Below, one piece after another: positions 11,951 through 24,272 of a stretch of DNA of 64,000 nucleotides (positions are counted from its first letter, which is position 1; every line of letters begins with the position of its first letter). Origin of the DNA: Scenedesmus sp. PABB004 (Eukaryota); contig JABVCE010000030.1 in the NCBI GenBank assembly GCA_014905635.1, positions 310,001 through 374,000 on the forward strand. The letters are read 5' to 3'. The translations under genes were made by a program, and so were the position numbers. Under the pieces are notes generated by a model. It searched no databases. It was not told where the DNA came from and worked only from the letters and a program-made list of their open reading frames with translations.

Positions 11951-12357
11951 CTGCGGCGGGCACGGGGCGCGAGCGGCAGCGTGTCGGGCCGCGAGCGGCG
12001 GCGGCGTCGGCAAGGCCCGCCGCCGCGCGCCCACGCCGCGGCTCGGAGCCTGCTGCCTTTTCTCCGTCCACCCAGGCCGCGGCGCGGCGGGTGCGCTAAC
12101 GCTGGCAGCCCACCTCTGCTGCTGCTGCTGCTGCTGCTGCTGCACAGGAGCGTGTGCAGGCGTATGCGGCTTTCACAGGCCGCAGCGATCCGGGGCCGGA
12201 GGCGCGGAGCGTGCGGCGTGCGGGCGCGCTGCGACTGCGTGGGGTGGCCCGCCGTGGTGGCCGCCCTGCCCGCGCCTGGAGGGCCGCGGGCGGCTCTGCA
12301 AGGCCCCCACGTCGCCCCCGCCACTGCTGTGTTCCAGCGCATGAGCGACGCAAAAGG

Positions 12358-12362
12358 TTACA
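12358..12362 (-). terminator. TGTAA polyadenylation signal of the SRA-SET gene
   Basis: ttaca on the + strand lies about 40 bp past the stop codon at 12402. TGTAA is the chlorophyte poly(A) signal. Confidence 0.6.
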
Positions 12363-12401
12363 GCGCGGTTCTCGGCCGCGGCGCCGCCCGTCGCACGCCG
12401 C

Positions 12402-15400
12402 TCAGAGCAGGCGCTTCGAGCACTCGGCGCTGCCGCAGCGGCACGGGACGCGCATCTCGCCGCCTCCCTCGTTCGAATATGAGTAGTCGTACCTGCGCCG
12501 GCGGGCCCAGGTGGGCGTTCGTCTCGGCACGGCGGCGCGCGGCACGGCGGCGTGCGGCGCGGCGCGCGCGGCGCGGCGCGCGCGGCGCGCACGTGATCGG
12601 CGTGAACGCGGGGATGTCCTGCGACGCCACGATGGCGATGTAGTGCAGCATCAGGCTCCTGCAAGCGAGCGAAGCCCGCGCGGCGAGCTCGCACCGGGCC
12701 CGTGGTGCGGCGGGCGCTCGCCGCGCGCGCGCGCCGCGCGCGAGGGCGCAGCGAGGGCAGCGGCGGGCGCAGCGCGCGCGCACCGCGCGTTGCCGGCAAA
12801 CACCGTCTGCGTGAGGCAGTTGGGGCTGCACGAGTGGTTGATGAAGCGCGCCACGTTGCCCTACGCCGGCGGCGCGCGCGGGCGCGCGTGGGCGCGCGCG
12901 CAGCCGCCGCGCGTGCGGCTCCGCGAGCCCCGCCCCCGCGCGCCCCGCGCGCCCGCGCCCCGCCCTGCGCACCATGCGGCGCGCGTCGATCGTGAGGTGC
13001 GCGCCGTCCGGGTCGGGCAGCGGCGGCAGGCGGGGGTTGAGCCGCACGTCTGGCGCCACGCCGCTCGCCTCGGCGCGCGCAACCTCCAGGTAGTGGTTCA
13101 AATCAAAGAGGTACAGGTCGCGCCCGCGCAGCGTCTCGGCCGACCTGCGCGCGCAAGCGCGGGCGCGCGTTTGACGGCCAGCGGCCAGCGTGCCGGCGGC
13201 AGGCGGCCGGCCCGCGCGGCAGCGGCGGCCGGGGCGGGGGCGGTGGTGGCGGCCGGGCGGCCATGGCTGGGCGGCCGCGGCGCCGGGGCGCCGCACCCGT
13301 CAGTGATGACGAGGCCGACGTAGCAGCACACCACCGCGCCGTTCGGCAGGTCCACCGCGCAGCGCACGCCCCAGCCCTTCTGCTTGGACTCCTGCCCGCC
13401 GGGACGGCACGCGCGCGCGCGCCGCAGCCGCGCCGTGTGGGCCCGCGCGCCGCGAGACGCGGCGCCGGCGCGCCCCGGCTCTCCCGAAACCTCAACCCCC
13501 GCACCTTGAACACCTCCAGCGGCCAGCGCACGCCCTTGGATGCGACACGGTTGGTCTGCGCGGCACGGCGCGGCGCGGCGCGGCGTTGGCGTGTCAGCCG
13601 GCGCCGGGGCGGGGGCGAGGGCGGCTGCGCCCCTGCGCCGCCCTCGCCGCCGCGGGCGCGCACCGGGCAGGCGATCGTGCGCGTGCAGCCGTCGTCGCAC
13701 TCCATGACGCCGCTCGGGTGCGTGCTCTGCAGCAGGCCGTCGTCGGTGTAGAAGCTCGGCTCCACGCCCGTCTCGCTGCGCAGAAACTGCGGCGGTGCCG
13801 GCGGCGACAGCGGCGGCGGCGCAGCGCGCTCGCTGGCTGCGTGCTGCGGCGACGGCGGCGGCCCACGGCCCCGCCAGCGCGCGGCAGCCCGGCAGCCCCT
13901 GAGCAGGCGGCGCACCTCGATGCCGCAGGTCGCGCCGCACGCCGCGCTGAACGCCACCTCCGCCTCGATCGCCAGCGCCTTGGCCTCGGCCGACCCAAAC
14001 CTGGCGGGCGGCACCGCGCGGCGGGCAGTCGGCGGTCGTCGCGCGGCGCCCGCCGCTGGCGGCGCCGGCCACGCGCGGCCGCGCGAGCATCTCGTCTGAG
14101 CTCTAATCACTGATCAATAAACGTGATTGAACAGTCAGCGCTCAAACAAACACACAACAAACAAACAGTGCTCACTTGTAGTCGGCGATGTACACATACT
14201 GCTCCTCCTCCTCCTCCTCTGCCTCCTCGCCGCCGCCGCACTCCGGCGTGAAGAGGATCGTGTCGTCGTCGTCCAGCGCGTTCCACATGGGGATGGGCAC
14301 CTGCGCGGCGGCGGCGCGGCGGCGGCGCGGCGCGCGCTGAGCGCGGGCTGCCCCTGAGCGAGCGATGTGGCAGCGGCGGCGGCGGCGGCGGCGCAGGCGG
14401 CCAGCCCGGCAAAAGCGGCCGCGGCTGCGCCGCACCGGCTCTAGGCCGCCCGACACGTCCGCCGTGACGAGCCGGCCGTGGCGCCCCGCGGCAGCGCGCT
14501 CCGCGATGGCCGCCTCGACCTCCGCGCGCGTGGGCAGCCGCGCTTCGGCCACGCTGCGGCGGCGGACACGCGCGGCGCGGTCGGCCAGCGCGCCGGCGCG
14601 CCGCGCAGCGGCGACGCGGCGGCCGCTGCGCGCGCGGCGGCCGCTCACCGCCCGCGCTTGCGGCCGGTGCGCGACGCGCCGGCGAGCAGCGTCGAGGTGA
14701 GGGCGCGGTTGAAGACCTTGTACGCGACCGTCGCCGACACTGCCGAGTGGCCCTCCACCGCGCGCAGCTGAAAGCGCACCACCTGCGCCGCGCCGCGCCG
14801 CGCCGTGCGGGGCGGGGCGGCGTCGCGCCGCGCCGCACCCACGCGGCCGTGCACGCCGCGCCCTCGTCGCCTGCGCGCGCCGCCACCGCCGCCGCCGCAC
14901 CAGGGGGCCGTCCTGGCTGGGCTCGCGCTTGTGGGCCACGACCTGGTAGAGCCCCTCATACACATACTGGCGCGCGCCGCCGGGCGTCTGCGCGCCGCGG
15001 AACACGCGCACCGGCGCGCCGGTCGCGCAGCTCTCCACGAGCGCCGCGTTGTCGGTGCTCTCGTACGTCTGGTCCTCGACCTGCCGGGCGCGCGGGGGCG
15101 CGAGCGGGGGCGCGGGCGCGTGGGCACGTGGGCGGGCGCGGCCGCGCGCCCTCGAGGCCCGCGCCGCCCGCCACCGCCGCGCGCACAAGCACACACACAG
15201 CCACACACGACGCCACACGCGCGCAGGCGTGCACGCGCCTGCTTGGCCTTCTTCTGCCCGCCCTGGCCGGTGTACCAGAACACCGCGCCGTGGTCGGCGT
15301 CGTCCTTGTAGCCGCCAGACATGCAGATCGCAAACGCCGGCCGCGCCTTGCCCGTCGCCTCGTCCTTGCTGCGCGACGGCGCGGCGCGGGCGCGCGTGAG

Positions 15401-16264
15401 CTCCGCGTGAGCTTTGCGCCGGGCCGTTCGCAGGGCTCGGGCCCCCGTGCAGGGTTTTGGGCGGTACCAGAACCCCGAGCCCCGCACCCGCCGCACCCGC
15501 CGGCCGAAATGCCGCGCATCATGTCGTGGTGCAGCCCCAGGATGGCGAGCTCGCCGCGGCCGCCAAACGCCGCGCCGATGCGCACGCCCGGCACGTGGCC
15601 GTGGGCCTTGGCGGGCGTGTGGGCGGCGCGCAGCTCGCTATAGGCGATCATGTCGGGCTTGGCGCGCTGCGGCGTGCGGTGTGGTGTGCGGGTGTGCGGC
15701 GAGAGTGCGTGGGCGTCAGCGTGCGTATGTGGGCGTGGGTGTGCGTGCGTGGGTCCGTGGGCGTGGGCGTGGGCGTGGGCGCCGGCGCCGGCGAACAAGG
15801 CCCGCCCGCGGCGGCGCGCGCACCCGGTTGTCGCTGTGCGCCTTGACGCGTGCAGTGTAGACGGCGAGCGTGTCGCGGTTGCGCGCCTCCGCGGCGGCAA
15901 ACTCGGGCGTGCCGGGCGTGCAGCACGGGTCGGCGAGGTCGCAGTGGCTCACCGCCTTGGGCGCGGCGACGCCCTGGTAGAGCCCGCCACCGCCGCTGCC
16001 GCCGGCGCCGGCGCCGGCGCGCGCGCCGCCGCTCGGGCCCGCCGCGGCTGCTGCCCCGGCCGCCGCCGCGGCCGGCGCCGCGGCCGGCGCCGCGCGCACG
16101 CCCGTCACGTCGCTGGCGCCGGCGTCGGGGCTGCTGCTGCTGCTGCCGCCGGCGGGCTCGCGCGCGGCCGGCGATGCGCGCGCCGCTGCCGCCGCGCCGC
16201 CGCCGGCGGCGGCTGGGGGACCGTCATCGCGGGAGGCTGCCTTGCGGCCGTCCCGGGACGCCAT
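12402..16264 (-). CDS. SUVH4/KYP-like histone H3K9 methyltransferase (SRA-YDG + pre-SET/SET/post-SET); about 15 exons
   Basis: SRA domain: HGHVPGVRIGAAFGGRGELAILGLH, AICMSGGYKDDADHGAVFWYTGQGG, NAALVESC...PVRVFRG...YVYEGLYQV. SET domain: KGWGVRC...VCCYVG, TIDARRM|GNVARFINHSCSPN, YDY...VPCRCGSAECSKRLL*. Confidence 0.9.
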
Positions 16265-17139
16265 GGGCGGCGGGGCAGAAGGGCCGCTGCGTGCGGCCCC
16301 GGCTCTGCCGCCGCCGCTGCTGCTGCTGCTGCCGCTGCTGTGGCTGATGCCGCCTGCAGACGCTCCCTCCCAATCTCCGGGTCACGTGATAATTGTGCCA
16401 GGCCCCGGCGCGCTCGCGGGGCCACGGCAGGCGACGCGGAGAGCAAGGCGCAGCGCTGATTCGCCCGCTGCGGTGCGTCCGGGGAGCCGCAGCGCGCGTC
16501 GCTGGGTCCGTCACGAGCGGGAGAGCGAGCAGTTGCGGTGGCGGTGCGCAGCGGGTGGCTTGGGACTGCGGCGGCGGCGCCGTTCGAAGCGCGGCGCTTC
16601 TGCCGGCGCCGCGCCGCGCGCCGCACGCCAGTGACGCCCGGCGCTCGGGATGCAGTCACCGGCGTCACACCGGCTGCGGCGCTCCGCGGCCGCGCACACA
16701 CGCGCCCGCGCCACGCTGAGCGCGCAGAGCGCACAGCGCAGCGCCTGCGGCAGCTCGGCCCCACGAGCCGCCGCCGCCAAGCGAACAGTAACGCAAAAAG
16801 TGGCCCGCACCGCTGCAGGCTAAGCTGGTCTTGGCTTGCATCCGTGCGCACGCGTCCCCGCCCCGCCCGCGTTCCAGCTGCGGCAGCAGCCCGCCGCCAG
16901 CGCAGTGCGTCCCACATGTCAACGTACCGCGCCCCCGGCGACTTGACGAGGCACTCCCAGTCCGCCCACGCGGCGTTCTGCCCACCCAAGGCAGCCCGCC
17001 AACCCCCCGCCGAGCACCGCCGCGTTCAGTTCAGTCGTTCGCCAACGCACCCCCGCCAACTCACGCCCCCTCGTCACGTGGCACGCGCCGCGCGCACACC
17101 CAGTTCAGTGCGGAGCCGCCAAGCCCAGCCAGAGCGCGC

Positions 17140-19552
17140 TCACCGCCGCCGCGCGCACACGCCGGTGAGCTGCGTGTTGCGCAGCGGGCCGCCTGGCAGG
17201 GGCGCGCCAGCGGGCAGGTCGTAGATCGGCACCGACTTGGTGCTGCAGCCCTCGTCATCGGGCACAAACCTTTGTGCCAGCGAGCAGTTGAGGGGGTGCA
17301 CCGACAGCAGCATGCCCCGATTCCGCCACGCGCGCGGCAGGCAGCCCGTCAGGTCGGGGTTGTCACTGATCGCGAGGTTGCCCACCACCTCCGGCCACGC
17401 GGCCGGGAACTGCCCCCGCAGGCCGCAGTTGCTCAAATCCAAAAAATACAGCCCCAACGCGCCCCACTTGGGCGGCAGCGTGGCGTTGAGCGGGTTGCCC
17501 GCCAGGCCGACGCCCGCCAGCGGCGTCGTGTGCGTCCACTCGCCCCACGCCGCCGGCAGCGGCCCCCGGATGGAGTTGTGGTCGAGGCGGAGGCTCGTGC
17601 CTCCAGGTTCCTCCACCTGCCGGCCCGGGCACGACGCCCCTGGCGGCGGCGATCAGCGCGGTCAGAGGCTGCAGCCGGCCGCCGCCCGCGCGCACGCAGC
17701 CACGGCGCAGCGGCCGCACCGTGCGCCCAGGCCGCTGGGAGCGTGGAGTCGATGGCGTTGAACGACAGGTCGATCGTGCCCACCCAATCAGGCGGCGCCT
17801 CGGGCAGCGGGCCGCTGAGGCGGTTGTGCGACAGGTTGAGCGTGCCCTGCCGGCAGCTCGCCTGCCCGCTGGGCGGCGTCCAGTCAGGGAAGGGGCCCGT
17901 GAGCTGCGCACGGCGTGGCGCGGCAAGCGGGGCGGCGGTCAGCGCGCGGCGCGGCGGCGTCCACTGCGGCCCATATATGGGGCGCGCCTGGTTGTGGCTG
18001 AGGTCGAGTGCCATCCACTTGTCGGTTGCACCGCCCCAGGTCAGGGCCATGCGCGTGAGCATGCCAGGCAGCAGCGGGCCGGTCAGGGCGTTGTGCGACA
18101 GCGACAGGAGAGCGATGTTATCCATTACGGCCCACGAGGCGGGGATGGGGCCGGTCAGCGCGTTGTGCGACAGCGCCAGGGTGGTCACGCTGCCCATGGC
18201 GCCGCCCCACGAGGCGGGGACGCGGCCGCTCAGGTTGTTGTGCGACGCGTCGAGGTTGGACAGTGCGGGCAGCAGCGCGCCGGGCTGCAGCTCGGGCAGC
18301 GAGGTGAAGTCGCAGCCCGACGCTTGGAGCGTCTCCAGGCTCGGCGGCAGCGACGCCAGGGGCAGCGGGCCCGTCAGGCCCGAGCAGTTCAGCGAGAGCA
18401 ACCTGAGGCGCGCCATGCGGCGGTAGTCAGGGAACGCCGCCGGCGGGGCCAGCTTGAATGAGAGCCACGCGCTCTCGAGCGCCGCGAGCGAGGCCCACGA
18501 GGCCGGGAGCGGGCCGGCGACGGGGTGCTCGGGGGCTTGCGTGATGCGCAGCGTGCGCAGCAGGGGTGCCGTGCCGGGCTCCAGCTCGGCCAGCGAGGAG
18601 AAGCGGTTGCCGGACAGCACTGCCTCCTCGACGTTTGGCGGCGCGAGCTGCAGCGCGCCCGTCAGCCCCAGGTCGCTCAGCCGCAGGGCCTTGAGCCCGG
18701 TGAGGTTGCGCCACTCGGCGGGCAGCGACGCGTCGCTCAGGTTGACGGACGATGCAGCGTCGCCGACGATCGCCAGCACCTCCAGCCTCACGCCGAGCTC
18801 GGCCCACGCGCGGGGCAGGCGCCCGGTGGCGCGCGCCGGCGGCATGATGCGAACGTTCAACGACTTGACCCAGCGGGGCGCGGCCTTGGAGCACGCGACG
18901 CCCGCCCAGCTGCAACGTCGGTGCCGGGCTGCCACGACTCAAAGCCGACCAGCTCCAGCTCCGCCGCGCCGCGCAGCAGCGCCGACCTGACCTGGTCGTC
19001 GTCAGGGAGGGGCGCGGCCACGTTGCAGGCCGCCTTGCTCTTGGCGCCCGGGGCTGCCGTCGTGAGCTGCAACGGGCAGCGGCGGCAGGGCGCGATGCCG
19101 CCGCTCGGCTTGGCCGCGCGCCAAGTCCCGACCGGGCAGGGCGTGCAGGCGGCGCCGCGGTACTTGTCGCGGCCGTAGCCGGCGCGGCAGTCGCTGCAGG
19201 CGCCCCGCGACGCTGCGCCCACGCCAGGTGTTGTGTACCCCGTGGGGCAGATTGTGCAGTTGGCGCCGACGCCGCCGGCCGACCAGGCGCCGCGGAAGCA
19301 GGCGGCGCACGCGCCGGCCGGCCCCGCCGCCGGGAACCAGCCGGTCCCCGGCGCGCACGCGGCGACGGCGGTCGGCGCGCCGGCGCCGCTCGCCGCCAAT
19401 AGACGGGCAGGGCTGCCTGCGGCCGCCGCCGGGCCGTGCGGGCGGGGCGGCTGCCGCGCCGCGCCGCCGCCGCCGGCGAGCAGCAGCAGCGACGCCGCCG
19501 CCGCGAGTGCCAGGCGCGCCGAGGTCGGGGTGAGGCGCGGAGGAGGAGCCAT
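17140..19552 (-). CDS. Secreted protein: signal peptide + Cys-rich (ephrin-receptor-like CxxC) repeats + LRR N-cap + plant-type LRRs; apparent 1-bp frameshift at ~18914
   Basis: Signal-like LALAAAASLLLLAG; CTICPTGYTT...CTPCPVGTW...CRRCPLQLTT; CSWAGVAC N-cap; repeated LxLSHNxLTGPIPxxW motifs. Confidence 0.8.
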
Positions 19553-19853
19553 GGTCTTGGCACTAGCCGACGAGCATGCGGGCAGGGGCAGCCGAGGCGC
19601 GGGCGAGGCGGGAGGTGGTCGCGTAGAGTCGGTGCGCCCGGCCTCGCAGCGCTGGGGGGCGGGGCGCGCGCCCCAGAAGCGTGACGGATGGCAATGTGAT
19701 TTGAGCGGCGGGGGGGGGGGGGGGGCCTGAGGGCGCGGCGGCGCCGGATGCGCGCAGGCGTCACTGCGGAAGGAACGCTGCGCCTGCGCTGGTCCCGGCG
19801 GCCGCCGGGGGGTGCCGGGAGGGCCTGGTTGCATGTGCCGCCGCCGCCGCCTC

Positions 19854-20514
19854 TCACGCCGCGGCGAGGCCGCTGCGCACGGCGAAGCGCTCGTACGGCG
19901 CGAGCGCGTCGGCGCCGCGCCCGGGCGCGCCGCTCGGCCGCACGCGCAGCGCGGCAAGGTCGAAGTGGCGCGCCGCGACGGCGGCGGCGCCAATGTCCTC
20001 CTCCAGCGCGGCCATCGCCGCCTCGCGCACGAGCGCGCCCAGGTCGGCGCCGGTGTACCTGCGCGCGGCGCGGCGCGGCGTGGGGCGCGTCAGCGGCCGC
20101 CTGTCGACACGCTGCGCGCGGGCCGGCCCGGCGCGCCGCGCCGCGCACCCGTCGGTGCGCGCGGCGAGGCCCGGCAGGTCCACGTCGGCCGCGAGCGGCG
20201 TGCGGCGCGTGAGCACGGCGAGGATGTCGGACCGCGCCGCGCCGTCCGGCGGCGGCACGAGCAGCAGGCGGTCGAAGCGCCCGGGGCGCAGCAGCGCGGC
20301 GTCGACCGCGTCGGGGCGGTTGGTCGCCGCGAGCACGACGACGCCCAGCCGCGGCTGCGGCGACGGCGGCGGCAGGCGGCGCGCGCGTCGGCGCGGCGGA
20401 CAGCGGCGGCGCGCGCCGCAGGCAGCTGAGCCGCGCCGGCCCCGCGCCGCGCCGCGCGCCACGCCTGGAGGCCGTCGAGCTCGGTGAGCAGCTGCGCGAG
20501 CACGCGCTCCGCGA

Positions 20515-20546
<32 letters not shown>

Positions 20547-21021
20547 CCGCCGCCGTCGGCCCGCGCGCCGACGAGGCCGTCGAGCTCGTCGAAAAACACG
20601 ACCGCCGGCGCGGCGGCGCGCGCGCGCGCAAACAGAGCCGCGACCGCGCGCTCGCTCTCGCCCACGTACGCCGAAATGAGCTCGCCGCCCTTGACCGACA
20701 GGAAGTTGAGCCCCGCGCTCGACGCGACGGCGCGCGCGAGCAGCGTCTTGCTGCAGCCGGGCGGGCCGAAGAGCAGCACGCCGCGCGGCGGCGCGGCGCC
20801 GAGGCGCGCGAGCGCGCCCGCGTGGGACTGCGGCCACAGCACCGCCTCCTGCAGGCGCTGCTTCACGTCCTGCAGGCCGCCGACGTCGTCCCAGCCGACC
20901 TGCGGCACCTCGACGCCCACCTCGCGCAGCGCGCTCGGCTTGACCAGCAGCCGCGCGGCGGCGACGTCGTCCCAGCACACGCGCAGGTCCGGCGGCTGCT
21001 GTTGTGACTGCTGCTGTGGTG

Positions 21022-21100
<79 letters not shown>

Positions 21101-23677
21101 CTGCTGCTCCTGCTCCTGCTGCTGCTGCTGCTCGCCCCCCGGCGGCGCCTGCGCCTGCGCCGGCCCGTGCTGCGCCTGCTGCGGCTGCCGCAGGCCCCGC
21201 ACGTGCCGCCGCAGCGCGCCGAGCGCCGCCTCGTTGACGAGCGCGGCGAGGTCGGCGCCGACAAAGCCGTGCGTGGTGGCCGCGAGCGAGCGCACCTGCG
21301 CGTCGCTCAGCGCGTGCGCCACGCCCGACAGCCTGCGGGCGGCGCACGCGGCGCACGCGCCGTCGCGCCGGACCCGTCGTGCCGACTGGGCGCTTGGCCC
21401 GCAGGCAAGCTGTCCTGCGCGCGTTCAGCTCCTTCGACCTGGCCGGCGCGCGCGCGCACCTGACGCGGAGAATGTCCTCCCGCGCCGCCGGGTCAGGCAC
21501 GCCGACCTCGAGCTCGCGCTCAAAGCGCCCCGGCCGCCGCAGCGCGGGGTCGAGCGCGGCGGGGCGGTTGGTCGCGCCGATCACGACCACGCGCCCGCCC
21601 GTGGCCGCCGACACGGCGCCGCCCGCGCGTCCGGCGCTGCCCAGGCCGTCCATGAGGGTCAACAGCTGCGTGAGCACGCGCGCCGCCGCCTCGCCCGCGG
21701 CCGCGCCGCCCGAGCCGCCGCCGGCGGCGGCGGCGTGCGCGCTCGCGCCGCCGTGGCCGGCCGCGTCGCGCGACGGCGCGAGCGCGTCGAGCTCGTCGAT
21801 GAACACAACGGCCGGGCTCAGTGCCTCGGCGGCCGCAAACACGCCGGCCAGGCCCGCCTCGCTCTCGCCTGCGCGGCGGCGCGTCAGGCAGCGCGTCGGG
21901 CGGCGCATCGGCGGCGCGGCCCGGCCGCACGCGGGCAGGGCAGGGCGCGGCGCGCGGCCCTGCTGCGAGGGCGGCGCAGCCCGGCCGCCGTCCGCCGGCC
22001 GCCAGCGGGACGACACGGGCGCGCACCATAGAACTCAGTCAGCACGTCTGGCCCGTTGAGCACCAGCAGCGCCGCGCCCGCCTCGACCGCGGCGGCGCGC
22101 GCGAGCGCCGTCTTGCCGCTGCCGGGCGGGCCGTGCAGCAGCAGCCCGCGCGGCGGGCGGAGCTTGTACCTGGCAAAGAGCTCGGGCACGCGCAGCGGCA
22201 GCAGCACCAGCTCGCGCAGCGCCGCGCTGTACGTCGCGATGCCACCTAGGCGGCCGTAGCCGCCCGCGCCGGACGACGCGGACGCACCTGCACCGCGCGA
22301 CGGCGGGCGGCGGGGTCGGCGGGCCGCGCCGCCGCGCGCCGCGGGCCGCGGCCGCGGTGGCGCGCGCCGCCCGCACACCTGCGCGCACCGCCCGCTCGGC
22401 GGCCTCCGCCGCCGCGTCCTGCGCGCTGCCGACCACCGCGGCCCGCGCCGCTGCGCGCGCGGCCGCGACGAGGCTCGCCAGGTCCTTTGCCGCCGAGCCC
22501 GCCGCCGCGCCCGCGACGCCCGCCGCGGCCGCCACCGCGTCGGCCGCGTCCGCCTCGGCCTGGCTGCCGGCGCCGCCGGGCGTGCCGGCTGCAGGGTCTT
22601 CGTCGCCCGGCATGCGCAGCCTCACTGCTGTTGCTGCTCCAATCAGCAGCGGCTGCTGCTGCAGCTCCGACTGCTCCTGCGCCGGCTCCGCCGCGGGGTG
22701 CAGCTGGAACAGCAGCTGCAGGCCCAGCACCGGCAGATACGCGAGGTTGCCTGGGCGGGGCGGCGGCGGGCGCGCGTCGGGCGCAGCCGGCGGCGGCGCG
22801 CGGCGGGCGCGGCCGGTCGAAGGCGCGCGTGCGGCGCGCGCGCGGTTGCCCCGGCCGCCGCCCCTCACCCGGCAGGCACGCGCGGCCCAGCAGCTGCCGG
22901 TGCGCCAGCTGCTGCAGCAGCTGCCGCTGGCGCGGCTGCGACCAGTCGACGCCGCCCTGCAGCAGCCGCAGCTGCCACGCCGCCGCCGCCGCCGCGTCCG
23001 CCTGCCGCCGGCCGCCGTCGCCGGCGGCGGGCGCGCCCCCCGCCTGGCTGTCCTTTCTGCTGGGCTTCTTGCCGCTGGACGCCGGCGACTTGGTGGGCGT
23101 GGTGTAGCCACCGCCGACGGGCCTGCCGGGCGTGCATGGCTCGCCGCCGCCGCCGCCGCCGTCTCGGATGTCGTCCGGCGTCAGCGGCAGCCCCTGCTCG
23201 CCGCCCACGCCCAGCACCAGCGACAGGCTCGCCGCCGCCGGCGGGGCCCCTGCGAGGCCGCGGGCGGCAGTGGCGCGCGCGGCGCGGCGTGAGCCTCGAG
23301 ACTGTTCGCTCAGCGGCCGGCCGGCGGCGGCGGCAGCCGATGCCGCGCGGCGGCGCACACCTGCGCCAGGCGGCCGGCTGAACAGCGCGAGGCAGCTGCC
23401 CGCCGCCGGCTGCGCGAGGCTGCCCCACGCGCCGGGGCTCAGCAGCGCCGCGCCGCGCTCCAGCTTGGCGCACGGCCACAGCGTCACTGGCACCACGCGG
23501 CGCCCCGGCTGCTGGTCGTCCAAGCCGCCGCCCGCGTCGCTGCCGTCGCCGCCCAGGCCCGCCCGGGCCGGCAGGTCGAGCAGCACCGCGGACGCCGCGT
23601 CCACGCCCGGCGCCGCGGCCGGCGCAAACCTGCAGGGGCTGGGCGTCGCCGGGAGGCCGCTGCCGGGCGTGCCGGGT

Positions 23678-23720
<43 letters not shown>

Positions 23721-23898
23721 TGCCGGCCGGCGCGCAGAGGCCGACCAGGACCAGCTGCTCGCTGCGCAGCCGGTGCGCGTGCATCGTGTCGGGCGCGAGC
23801 TGCAGCCACGCGCCGCCGCCGGCGGCCGGCGTGCCCGCCGGCGCCGCGGCCTGGCCCTCCAGCACCACCACCAGGTCCGGCGGGCGGGCGGGCGCCAT
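19854..23898 (-). CDS. Double-AAA ATPase of the AFG2/SPATA5/Drg1 (CDC48-family) type with a polyQ insertion
   Basis: D1: [41 protein letters not shown]2: [20 protein letters not shown] (typical of AFG2/SPATA5), [22 protein letters not shown]. Confidence 0.88.
20995..21131 (-). repeat. Coding (CAG)n microsatellite giving a polyglutamine tract inside the AAA ATPase
   Basis: A long (ctg)n run on the + strand is in frame with [15 protein letters not shown]...[10 protein letters not shown]. Confidence 0.9.
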
Positions 23899-24272
23899 GC
23901 CGCCGCGCCGGCGCCACCGGCGGCGCCGCCGCTGCCGCTGCTGCTGGCGTGGGCCGGCGGCGTCCGCGCGTCAGTTTGAGGCCACGGAGAGGTTGAAGCG
24001 ACGACGCTGAATGGGCGTGAGCTGGCCGCGGCCGCCAGGACGTCGCCGTTTGGGGGCGAGACGACAGCACCGGCAGTCGACTGGGCGCGTCGTCTGCCTG
24101 CTCGGCTCCTTAACTTGACTTAGTCGCGTCGTGCCACCGATCCACTGCCATGTCGCCAGCGCCTTCAGGCTTGCCTGCGTGTCGCCGCCTGTCGCCGCCG
24201 AGCCGCCGCGAGCCGCTGCTGCCACGCCGCCGCCGCCACGCCGCCAGCGCGCCTGCAGCAGCTGCAGCGGCC

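Noticed and set aside
8960..12643. Very long ORFs in the track (1227 aa, 1124 aa, 963 aa and others)
   Set aside because: They are Arg/Ala/Gly/Pro-rich shadow or antisense frames caused by stop-codon scarcity at very high GC, and they overlap better-supported spliced genes.
16905..16925. GTCCCACAT resembling the plant snRNA USE promoter element
   Set aside because: No TATA box at the expected spacing and no recognisable snRNA or telomerase RNA downstream.
17600..17720. Second frameshift in the LRR gene
   Set aside because: Resolved by using the upstream acceptor (ccgccag near 17640), which keeps the frame (AH|GASCPGRQVEEP).
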